A DNA stretch of 64,000 nt from Bdellovibrionales bacterium (lineage in GTDB: Bacteria > Bdellovibrionota > Bdellovibrionia > Bdellovibrionales > JAUICD01), in assembly GCA_965197425.1 (NCBI GenBank), contig CBDANC010000015.1, positions 64,001 to 128,000 of the forward strand, in the 5' to 3' direction. The translations under genes and the position numbers were made by a program. The notes beneath the pieces were generated by a model, which made no database searches, was not told where the DNA came from, and saw only the letters and a program-made list of their open reading frames with translations. Positions 1 to 8,624 of this stretch are shown here, piece after piece. Numbering within the stretch: position 1 is the first letter of the stretch; each line of letters opens with the position of its first letter.

Positions 1-542
1 TTTTTTACATAAGTTCTTTTTATTTCAGTAATAGTTCGATCTTGAAGGCGCATTATCGATGCTGCCCTTAATATTCTATATTTATCATTTTGGTTTATTG
101 TTGCTGCATATTCTGGATCTTTTTTTTTAATTTCTTCATAAATAAAGGCAAGCCCTTTGTTTTTTAAATCATGATCTAATATATTTTTTAATTCTATAGG
201 TGTTTTGGGGAAGTTATACATTTCAGATATAAGCGCATTTATATAAAATCCACTTCCTCCTACTATAAATGCATACTCTGTTTTTATTTTAGATAACTTG
301 CTAAGGCATAATTTTTTAAATTCTCCTGCAGTAAACTCATGTCCTTCACTCAATATATCAAATAGATGATGTGGAGTTTTATTTAAGTCCTTTTTTTTTG
401 GTTTAGATGATCCAATGTTTACAGATTTAAAAAATTGTATACTGTCAGAATTTATAATCTCTGCATCATATATCTCTGCCAGCCTTAATGCTAAGGCTGA
501 TTTTCCTACTGCTGTAGGGCCTATTATAAATACTGCCTTCAT
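1..542 (-). CDS. miaA: tRNA dimethylallyltransferase (5' part; runs off window)
   Basis: Not in ORF track. Manual translation from ATG at 542 (ATGA overlap with mutL stop) gives MKAVFIIGPTAVGKS...IINSDSIQ...IGSSKP...PHHLFDI; mutL-miaA linkage is typical. Confidence 0.95.
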   Translation of the reverse strand, partial: MKAVFIIGPTAVGKSALALRLAEIYDAEIINSDSIQFFKSVNIGSSKPKKKDLNKTPHHLFDILSEGHEFTAGEFKKLCLSKLSKIKTEYAFIVGGSGFYINALISEMYNFPKTPIELKNILDHDLKNKGLAFIYEEIKKKDPEYAATINQNDKYRILRAASIMRLQDRTITEIKRTYVK

Positions 543-2296
543 ACTATTCTACAGAATTCTGTGTCTAGTTTGGTAAAGGGATATTCTATATATACAGGTC
601 TTCCATGAGGACAAAAGCTTGATAATGAAAACTCATCCATTTGTTCAAGTAAACCTTTTATCTCTAAATTGCTTAAAACTTTCCCTGCTCTTATTGCAGA
701 ATGACAGGCCATTGTGGCAAAAATATTTGATATGTTTTCCTCTATAGGAGCATTGCCCTTATTTAATTCTATATCATTTAGTATGCATTCAAGACCTGAT
801 TCTATACTTTTTTTATTTAAGATTACTGGGCCTGATAAAATTTCTATAAAGTTTTTGTCAAACGAAATGTTTATGCCTATTTTTTCTAAAAATTTAGTTT
901 GGGATTTTAAGACGGATATCTTGTCTCTATCTAACTCTGTTTTTATAGGGATAAGGTTGTTTTGAACTTTAATATTGCCAGATGAAAATTCAAAATTTAA
1001 TTTTTCATAAAGCATCCTTTCATGTGCTGCATGCTGATCTATCAATATCAAACTATTTCTAGATTGAGTTATTATATAAGTACAATTGCATTGGCCTATT
1101 ATATCTAATGCTTGCCATTTTGGTTCTTTTTTAGAAATTAAAGATTCTTTGTTAGAAGGTGAACCTTGTAATGTTTCGGCAGGTCTTGACCATTTAAAAT
1201 TAGTGGAGTTATTAAACGTTTTTTTTGCAAAGTGAGCTACATTAAATGTGTTTCCTCTAAACCCTGTGGTAACTTGAGGTTTGTGATTTCTAATCGAGTT
1301 TTCTTCAGGTAAAACCCTGTTAAGCCATGGAGAGTTTTGTAATGCTGGTCTTAATGTTTGTACAACTGAATTAAAAATTTCTGACTGTCTTAAAAATTTA
1401 ACCTGGGATTTTGTAGGATGAATATTTATGTCAATCTCATCTTTTTTACACTTAATACTCAGCGCAACTATAGGAAACTCTCTGTGCATAAGTAAAGTTC
1501 TATAACTTTCCATAATAGCTGCTTGGATAGATTTATCCTGTATCCATCTGTCTTGTGCAAATATCCAAACATTTTGAGATGTTTTTTGAGTATTGTTAGG
1601 GCTAGAAAAACAAACTTCTATATTAAAACTATTTATGAATTTCTTAACATGGTATAGTTCATCTAAATCTAATACATTTTTTGCTCTTTCATAAAAAGAG
1701 TCTTTTGGGCTGAAGATATTTACTAGCTCTGAGTCTTGGCTTAACTTAAACTCTGTTTTGAAGTTGATTAAAGCTAAGGCTTTTAGTGTTTTTTTTATGG
1801 AAATTGACTCTGACCTATTGGACTTTAAAAACTTTAATCTTGCAGGCAGATTTTCAAATAACTTTTTAACACTAATCAATGTACCGCTATCGCCGTGGCT
1901 TTTAACAACTGGGCTTGATTTTCCAAAATTTGAGGTAATGTTAAATGCCTCGTCATCTTTGGTTTTAGAAGTTATAGAAAGAATACTTACACTGGCTATA
2001 CTATGTAAAGCCTCGCCTCTAAAACCAAAGCTGTCTAAGTTCCATAAATCATCTATGTTTGATATTTTGCTTGTAGAGTATCGGTCTAATATTAAAGGTA
2101 GATCTTTTTTGGTTACGCCTATGCCATTATCTTTTACCAGGATCTCTCGTCCACTATCAGAAAAATTTATATGTACCTTACTGGCCCCAGAATCTATGCT
2201 GTTTTCTACAAGCTCTTTTACAATCTGAGATGGCCTATCTATTATTTCACCGGCTGCAATTTGGCTTATCACATTTTCTGGTAATTTGATAATCAT
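539..2296 (-). CDS. mutL: DNA mismatch repair endonuclease MutL
   Basis: IAAGE, KELVENSIDSGA, GFRGEAL, DQHAAHER, CPHGRP motifs; start moved to MIIKLP. Confidence 0.97.
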   Translation of the reverse strand: MIIKLPENVISQIAAGEIIDRPSQIVKELVENSIDSGASKVHINFSDSGREILVKDNGIGVTKKDLPLILDRYSTSKISNIDDLWNLDSFGFRGEALHSIASVSILSITSKTKDDEAFNITSNFGKSSPVVKSHGDSGTLISVKKLFENLPARLKFLKSNRSESISIKKTLKALALINFKTEFKLSQDSELVNIFSPKDSFYERAKNVLDLDELYHVKKFINSFNIEVCFSSPNNTQKTSQNVWIFAQDRWIQDKSIQAAIMESYRTLLMHREFPIVALSIKCKKDEIDINIHPTKSQVKFLRQSEIFNSVVQTLRPALQNSPWLNRVLPEENSIRNHKPQVTTGFRGNTFNVAHFAKKTFNNSTNFKWSRPAETLQGSPSNKESLISKKEPKWQALDIIGQCNCTYIITQSRNSLILIDQHAAHERMLYEKLNFEFSSGNIKVQNNLIPIKTELDRDKISVLKSQTKFLEKIGINISFDKNFIEILSGPVILNKKSIESGLECILNDIELNKGNAPIEENISNIFATMACHSAIRAGKVLSNLEIKGLLEQMDEFSLSSFCPHGRPVYIEYPFTKLDTEFCRIV

Positions 2297-2402
2297 GGGT
2301 ATTAAATACAACATTTAATATAAAAGGCAAACCCAGTTTTAATTTTAGCTCTTTTATTTTGAAAATAAGAACAAAAAGAGCTTATAGAAAATATGTGAAG
2401 CT

Positions 2403-3449
2403 TCAAATATTATTTAATATGATAGCCAAAACAATCACTTGAGGCACTAAGACCAAGGGTATGAATAGAGCAGTTTTCCAAGACTTGGTTGTTTCCTTTA
2501 CTATCATAATTTCTGTATAATCTGTAGCAACACCTGCCATCAAAAAGGCAAAGGTATTCCCTACGGCCTTGGCTTTGTTAAAAATTTCTCCCGCCACTGG
2601 AGCCAACCCTTCAGAGCAAACTTCCAGTATAGTAGATATCCCCAACGTAATGCCCAACCCTAACAGCGTTGGAGCAAAATACTTACCTATATGAGCATCA
2701 GTCATAAACATGTTCAATAGACCAGATATAACTATTCCAACACAAAGCCACTTAATAACTATTTTAGAACTACGTAATCCATGAATTATTATCTGATAAA
2801 AAGATTGTAATGTTAGTTTGTCTTTTACAAACATATTTTTTGATAACTCTAATAGTGACACAGAGCTTTTGTTGTTTGAGCTGTTTGGGTTAGCAGGTAA
2901 GATACTACGATTTGTCAATCTGTCAAAAATCAACCCTGATATAATTGCTAGAAGCAAGGATAGAATAATAAAAACGATTGTCCACTTTATACCTATTAAT
3001 GAAGCTAGAATAATTGTTATAGACATTGAGTTCCAAGGACTTGCTATTAGAAAACACATGACCTGGCCAAGGCTTACGCCTTTTTTATATAGCTTCATTG
3101 CTACCATAAGAATACCATGGCTACACAGATCTAAAAATAGGCCAGCAAACGCAGCTCTAAACATTCCATCGAACGAATTGCCTTTACCAAATAATTTAAC
3201 AATAGCTTCATCAGGAATTTTATGAAGAAAACCAACAAATAAAATACTTAAAACAACACCTATCCAAACTTGATTGACCACTTCATATTGAGTTTCAATA
3301 AACCTACTTAAATACAAGCGTTCTAAGTAATCTCCTATACTTATAACTTCACCAGTAAGGTGTATCAGATAAGAAAAACAAACAACTAAAACAACTGCTA
3401 TGAAAAAATAGTCTCTTTTTTGCGTGTTACATTTCATGGGTTCATTCAT
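2403..3449 (-). CDS. Predicted permease (ArsP/DUF318-like)
   Basis: Multi-TM protein with two repeated LCSHG / VCSEG motifs and FLIASP / FLMAG. Confidence 0.8.
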   Translation of the reverse strand: MNEPMKCNTQKRDYFFIAVVLVVCFSYLIHLTGEVISIGDYLERLYLSRFIETQYEVVNQVWIGVVLSILFVGFLHKIPDEAIVKLFGKGNSFDGMFRAAFAGLFLDLCSHGILMVAMKLYKKGVSLGQVMCFLIASPWNSMSITIILASLIGIKWTIVFIILSLLLAIISGLIFDRLTNRSILPANPNSSNNKSSVSLLELSKNMFVKDKLTLQSFYQIIIHGLRSSKIVIKWLCVGIVISGLLNMFMTDAHIGKYFAPTLLGLGITLGISTILEVCSEGLAPVAGEIFNKAKAVGNTFAFLMAGVATDYTEIMIVKETTKSWKTALFIPLVLVPQVIVLAIILNNI

Positions 3450-3590
3450 TAAGGTTAAACCTTAAGACATGTAAAGGCTAAAATATATAAAAAAAGACTA
3501 TAGAGCAATAAATGGCAACGGCACCATCTCTCTATGGCTACACTGCTTAGCCATCTTTTGTTTTAAGGCTGAAAAAAATATCTTTAGTTT

Positions 3591-4307
3591 TTATAAACGA
3601 TCTCTAACATATGATACTACGGCACTAACAGGATGCCTCTTACCATGCTCACTATCCACAAATGCATATTTGAATCTAGCCAAGCCGTCCACCATAAGAT
3701 AAGCACTAATAGTCAGTTTTATGGCGTTGGAAGGAGCATTACGCAAAAACCGATGATTTTTTGGGGTAAGAGCTCTTAGGCCAGGATCAGTTTGTAGTCT
3801 TCCACTGACCTCCAAGTGATGGTTCGTATTATATATTGATACATATAATAATACAGCTCCACCAGTCGTTTGAAGTAGTCCTAAAGCTAGTTGAGGTATG
3901 TTCATTTCAGGGCTACCTATAACAGGGTGATCAAATGACATACCTTCTTGGTACCCCAAACCAAAGTTCTTGTATCCATCCGTCATATAAGATCCAATAG
4001 ACGCGATTTTTTCTGAATGTGAGTCCTCTTCAAGGTTAAGATCAACTGTAATAGAGCGTTCTTCACCTTCGTCAATTTCCAAGTACACGGTCATGTAAAC
4101 TGGGATTTCATTAAGAAAATCTTCTTCACTAATACCATCAAAATGAACCGTAGTAATATGATCTATGTCTATTACATAATCACTTATGTCGTGAACACTA
4201 TCATGTTTAGGAAAAGCCACTCGCTCGGGATTGTCGTCCGAGACATCATTTGCCTGTATGGAAGAAAACGAAAGGGTCAATAAGGCTGATAATAAAAACT
4301 TGGTCAC
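3591..4307 (-). CDS. Hypothetical exported protein with acidic N-terminal half
   Basis: GTG start at 4307 preceded by GGAGG; signal-peptide-like N-terminus (FLLSALLTLSFSSIQA). Confidence 0.7.
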   Translation of the reverse strand: MTKFLLSALLTLSFSSIQANDVSDDNPERVAFPKHDSVHDISDYVIDIDHITTVHFDGISEEDFLNEIPVYMTVYLEIDEGEERSITVDLNLEEDSHSEKIASIGSYMTDGYKNFGLGYQEGMSFDHPVIGSPEMNIPQLALGLLQTTGGAVLLYVSIYNTNHHLEVSGRLQTDPGLRALTPKNHRFLRNAPSNAIKLTISAYLMVDGLARFKYAFVDSEHGKRHPVSAVVSYVRDRL

Positions 4308-4522
4308 AAACACCTCCTTAACAAAGGAACCTTTCACATAAAAAACTGCAATTTAGCATGTAAGAAAGTTTGTCAAGTTGAGATCTATTAAGTCAATATC
4401 CGCCAAGCTTAGAACATAGAACGTTAGGTGATGCAAAAAGCAGCCCTTCACAATCTTCTATTTGGTTTAGGTTCTACAGTGTAGTGTTGTTATTGTCTAG
4501 ATATTTATAAAAATTTCTCATA

Positions 4523-4680
4523 AAGGTCTTCCGAATGAAGCTAAAAACAAGTGGACTTGTTCACTTTGGTTCAATTGGCTCACGGGATAAATCTTTATAT
4601 TATCCAATTGAAATAACCTCCCTGCGGTCGGTTTTTTAGCTGAGTGGTTGCCCAGCACTAGAACATGATACTGATCCCGT
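4523..4680 (+). repeat. Modular palindromic repeat family, full unit containing module B
   Basis: AAGGTCTTCCGAATGAAGCTAAAAA...TTTTTTAGCTGAGTGGTTGCCCAGC...GATCCCGT; about 12 differences from the reverse complement of 6277-6433. Confidence 0.95.
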
Positions 4681-4697
4681 CTCATAAATTATAAAAA

Positions 4698-5954
4698 TTA
4701 CCTAGGGAATATACCTCTTAACTGCATTGCTTTTTGCAACCTTTTGGCTGCAACTCCGATGGAAGCATTTCTAAGATTTAAATCCTTTTCCTTGGAAAAT
4801 TCCCAAACTCTATCAAAGGCCTTCTCCATTGCTGTTTTAAGCCTTTCGTTAACTTCATCCTCTGACCAAAAATAAGACACTACGCCCTGTACCCATTCAA
4901 AGTAGGAAACCACAACTCCACCACCATTTGCCAAAATATCCGGTACAACTATTATTCCCTTTTTGTCCAATATCTCGTCGGCTTCAAAGGTTACAGGACC
5001 GTTTGCTCCCTCCAATATGATCGATGCTTTGACATCATTGGCATTGTGTTTGTCGATAACTCTGTCCAAAGCTGCTGGCAATAATACATCACACTTAAGG
5101 GTCAGAACCTCATTTCTGTCTATTGATTCTCCTCCATCAAATTCTGATAGGCTTTTGCTTTTTCTGTAAAAACACGTCAAAGCAGGGATGTCCAAACCAT
5201 TCTTGTTATATATTCCCCCGAAAGCATCACCTATCGCTACGACCTTCATTCCTCTCTGATAAGCTGAGATAGCTGCATGTGAACCAACATTACCGAAACC
5301 CTGAATAGATATGGTTAGGCCTTTAAGTTTCTTGTTCAACTTCTTACACGCTTGAGTTAAGCAGTATATTGTGCCAAGACCAGTTGCACTGATTCTTCCC
5401 ATGGAACCACCTATTTCTATAGGTTTTCCCGTTACAACACCAGGAACAGAAAAACCTGTTCTATGAGAAAAAGTGTCCATGATCCACGACATAGTCTGTT
5501 GATCAGTACCCACATCTGGAGCCGGTATATCAGTTTCCGGACCTATTATCTGATATATTTCAGTTGTGTATCTTCTGGTTAGGGCCTGAAGTTCAGCTTC
5601 AGAGAGTTTGCTTGGATCAACACAAATTCCTCCTTTTGAACCTCCTAACGGCAAGTGGAGCAATGCATTTTTAAACGACATTAACATAGCAAGTGCTGCG
5701 ATGTGACTTAGATCAACCGAAGTGTGATACCTTATGCCGCCTTTGCAAGGGCCTAAGGTCTGATTATGCTGTACCCTATATCCATCAAAAACTTTAACCT
5801 TATTGTTATCCATACGTATGGGTACGCTTACTACTACAGATTTTCTAGGTTTTAATAACCTCAGCCTAACATCACTGTCTATGCCTATGATATCTGCTAC
5901 TTTTTCAAAATTATTAACTGTATTCTTAAATAGATCACCTTGAAATAAATTCAT
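4698..5954 (-). CDS. gdhA: Glu/Leu/Phe/Val dehydrogenase (glutamate dehydrogenase)
   Basis: GPCKGGIRY, GGSKGG, DIPAPDVGT, QGFGNVG, VVSYFEWVQ. Confidence 0.95.
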   Translation of the reverse strand: MNLFQGDLFKNTVNNFEKVADIIGIDSDVRLRLLKPRKSVVVSVPIRMDNNKVKVFDGYRVQHNQTLGPCKGGIRYHTSVDLSHIAALAMLMSFKNALLHLPLGGSKGGICVDPSKLSEAELQALTRRYTTEIYQIIGPETDIPAPDVGTDQQTMSWIMDTFSHRTGFSVPGVVTGKPIEIGGSMGRISATGLGTIYCLTQACKKLNKKLKGLTISIQGFGNVGSHAAISAYQRGMKVVAIGDAFGGIYNKNGLDIPALTCFYRKSKSLSEFDGGESIDRNEVLTLKCDVLLPAALDRVIDKHNANDVKASIILEGANGPVTFEADEILDKKGIIVVPDILANGGGVVVSYFEWVQGVVSYFWSEDEVNERLKTAMEKAFDRVWEFSKEKDLNLRNASIGVAAKRLQKAMQLRGIFPR

Positions 5955-6111
5955 AAAGCTCCAATATATTTTTGTTAATTCCCTAAGTAATAAAATAAAT
6001 ATTGCGAAAGCTGAATAACAAGTAAGTTTTTAGAAGTCTAGTACAAACAATGAAGATTGTGAAATGGGTTGAGGGGATTGAGTTTTAAAGTGGCTGTGTC
6101 AAAACGTAATT

Positions 6112-6433
6112 CACCTGGCAAAAGTCGGCAGAGCCAACTTATTGCCAGGTTCAATCAGTGCTGGGGCTCACCTTTAGTTACGGGATCGGCACCGTGTCCA
6201 CCAGGAAACAGCCACTCGGCCAAAAAGGAAAGCAAAACTTCCCTTATTTTTTGCTTCGTTCGGAAGCTTTTTAGTAACAGGATCGGCATCTTGTTCCAGA
6301 GCTGGGCAACCATTTAGCTAAAAAACCGACCGCAGGGAGGTTATTTCAATTGGAAAGTATAAGATTTATCCCGTGAGCCAATTGAACCAAAGTGAACAAA
6401 TCCACTTGTTTTTAGCTTCATTCGGAAGACCTT
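6112..6433 (-). repeat. Modular palindromic repeat family, head-to-tail array (two units plus terminal hairpin)
   Basis: On the minus strand: AAGGTCTTCCGAA...GATCCTGTTACT | AAAAAGCTTCCGAACGAAGC...GATCCCGTAACT | AAAGGTGAGCC..CACTGATTGAA plus hairpin CCTGGCAA..TTGCCAGG. Confidence 0.93.
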
Positions 6434-6434
6434 G

Positions 6435-7871
6435 TTACATCCATTGTGAGTCTTGGAACACAGCCTTGTTTTCATTAAAATTATCAGGGGACGGCATCAG
6501 GTACCAAAATTCCTTTACTAACATTGCCAAAGCAGCAAAGGCCAGAATGGTAGCAACCATTCTTTTCCACGGAAAGTTATTTGCTAATATTTGCTTTTTT
6601 TGTATTTTTTTTCTTTTTTTAAGAACTCTAGTTGAAATTACATTCCGGTCCACACTAATTTTTGAAGATAATGTGCTATGTAAACTTATTGTGTCTTTAG
6701 GTTGAAATATTTTTGGGACAGCTCTTGGTGTCCGCACAGAAGATGTATTGCTTTTTGTATCATGTAGTCGCTCCATAGATTTTATTTTGCCCCTAAGCTC
6801 CATTGATCTACTCGGTTTTGGAGTAAAACCAGAAGACAACACTTTTTTATCCCTTGAAAATTCTTTTTTGTATTCTTCTTTAAAAATTTTTCTAAACTTC
6901 TCGCCAAGTCTTTCTGGGTTAAACTTGGGATAATTTATGTTTAAAAATTCATGTAACTTTTCATACAGCTTGAATGCTTCCATTCTTTTGTGTGGATCTC
7001 TTTGTAGCAGTTGCACTACAATGTTATCTATTTCTTCTGGAACATTCTGGTTGATTTCTCTTAGTAAAGGAACTTTAAGATTTAGAATGTTCTGTATTGT
7101 TTTCATTTCATTTGGTCTGTAAAATAATCTTTTGCCATTAGATAGCATCTCCCACATCACAACCCCTAAAGAAAAAATATCCGTTCTGTAGTCAAGATGT
7201 TTGCCTTGAGTTTGTTCTGGACTCATATAGGAAAATTTACCTTTTATGCTAGTTGTTTCGTCTACTCCTAAATCCTCATTGCCGGTTGATACGGCCTTAA
7301 CTTTGCTGATACCAAAATCTAGAATTTTAACTTCACCTTCCCAACCGACCATTATATTTTGGGGACTTATATCACGATGTGCAGGCTTCTCATTCTCTTC
7401 TTTGTCAAACATATCGTATTGGTGGATGTAGTTAAGACCTCTTGCTGTCTCCTTTATGATATATACCACATCTTCTATCTCTAATTTGTTCTCTAACAAG
7501 CCTATGTGTCGTAAACTCCGTTCTTGTTTGTTACTTCTAAGTTTTGTACTTATTTGCTTTAGGTTTCTTCCCTTTATGTAATCAACAACTAAACAGAGCT
7601 CGTTCGAGCCGTCGGAGTAGGCTCTATACGACTTTACCACATTTGGGTGATTCATATTTATGGCAATCTCAACTTCCCTTTTGAAGTACTCTCTAAACTT
7701 TGGTTGGGAAGCATATTTTGGTAGTATCTTTTTTATGGCCACTAACTTTTGTGTCTTTCTGTCTTTCTCGAGAGTTCTGGCAAGATATACTTCTGCCATA
7801 CCTCCAGAAGCAAGCAAAGAAACTAGCTCATAACTGTTGCCTATAATCATGTTGTTATTGTATTTGGGCAT
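6435..7871 (-). CDS. Hanks-type Ser/Thr protein kinase with C-terminal membrane anchor
   Basis: GGMAEVY, VAIK, HRDISPQNI, DFG, YMSPEQ, DIFSLG; hydrophobic segment near the C-terminus; start uncertain (7901/7871/7850). Confidence 0.93.
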   Translation of the reverse strand: MPKYNNNMIIGNSYELVSLLASGGMAEVYLARTLEKDRKTQKLVAIKKILPKYASQPKFREYFKREVEIAINMNHPNVVKSYRAYSDGSNELCLVVDYIKGRNLKQISTKLRSNKQERSLRHIGLLENKLEIEDVVYIIKETARGLNYIHQYDMFDKEENEKPAHRDISPQNIMVGWEGEVKILDFGISKVKAVSTGNEDLGVDETTSIKGKFSYMSPEQTQGKHLDYRTDIFSLGVVMWEMLSNGKRLFYRPNEMKTIQNILNLKVPLLREINQNVPEEIDNIVVQLLQRDPHKRMEAFKLYEKLHEFLNINYPKFNPERLGEKFRKIFKEEYKKEFSRDKKVLSSGFTPKPSRSMELRGKIKSMERLHDTKSNTSSVRTPRAVPKIFQPKDTISLHSTLSSKISVDRNVISTRVLKKRKKIQKKQILANNFPWKRMVATILAFAALAMLVKEFWYLMPSPDNFNENKAVFQDSQWM

Positions 7872-8018
7872 TCCAGCGACCTCGTCTTTAGAATCGGCCA
7901 AAATTAACCCATTACTTTAGGTATTATTATTGTTATTCTAGGTGTAGTATTGCCTTGGGCAATACTGAGAAGTTGTACTTAAAATTGACATCTTTTTACT
8001 ACAAATGGAGTTTATAGA

Positions 8019-8624
8019 TTGAAATGGATCGGTATAACAGGTGGCATAGGAGTAGGTAAGTCTAGTGTATGCAAGATTATTACTGAAAAGAAGCTACCAA
8101 CAATAGAAGCAGACAACATTATTCGTAAAACACTATTGCAAGATCATGAGGTGCAAAATGACATCATCAATGTATTTGGCAAAGAAATTTTAGATCATGA
8201 AGGTCAATTAGACCGAAAAAAGGTGGCTAGCGCAGCTTTTTCGAATAAAGCAAAACTATCTGAATTGGAGCAAATAATACATCCGAAGCTAGCGAATTTA
8301 GTTAAATTAAAAAGGGATTTGCTCAAAAAAAAAGGGTATAAAATAGCTTTTTATGAAGCGCCATTATTGTTTGAAAAACAAATGCAAGATCAATTTGATG
8401 AAATAATCCTAGTTGCAGCTAAAGAAAATTTAGTTATAAAAAGACTTTTAAAAAGGGGATTAGAAAAAAACGACATATTACTTAGAATGAAGCATCAATT
8501 GCCCCAGAAAGACAAGTTAGCTCTAGTATCTTATGTTATTTGGAATAACTCATCACTGTATGATCTTAAAAAAGCTTGCTGTAAAGTTCTAACAGATATA
8601 ACAAAAACAAATGATAAACAGTGA
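8019..8624 (+). CDS. coaE: Dephospho-CoA kinase
   Basis: IGITGGIGVGKS, LDRKK, IIHP, EAPLLFE. Confidence 0.95.
   Translation: MKWIGITGGIGVGKSSVCKIITEKKLPTIEADNIIRKTLLQDHEVQNDIINVFGKEILDHEGQLDRKKVASAAFSNKAKLSELEQIIHPKLANLVKLKRDLLKKKGYKIAFYEAPLLFEKQMQDQFDEIILVAAKENLVIKRLLKRGLEKNDILLRMKHQLPQKDKLALVSYVIWNNSSLYDLKKACCKVLTDITKTNDKQ

Noticed and set aside
4614..4640. HDV-like ribozyme (ACC-UCCCUGC-GGU resembles P3/L3)
   Set aside because: No consistent P1/P2 pseudoknot partners or P1.1 GG could be found; the opposite strand gives a simpler GA/GCA hairpin
6069..6705. ORFs 6069-6317 and 6373-6705 (also 15103-15573, 26961-27257, 27183-27377, 42130-42351)
   Set aside because: They run through repeat elements or lie antisense to real genes; no protein-like features
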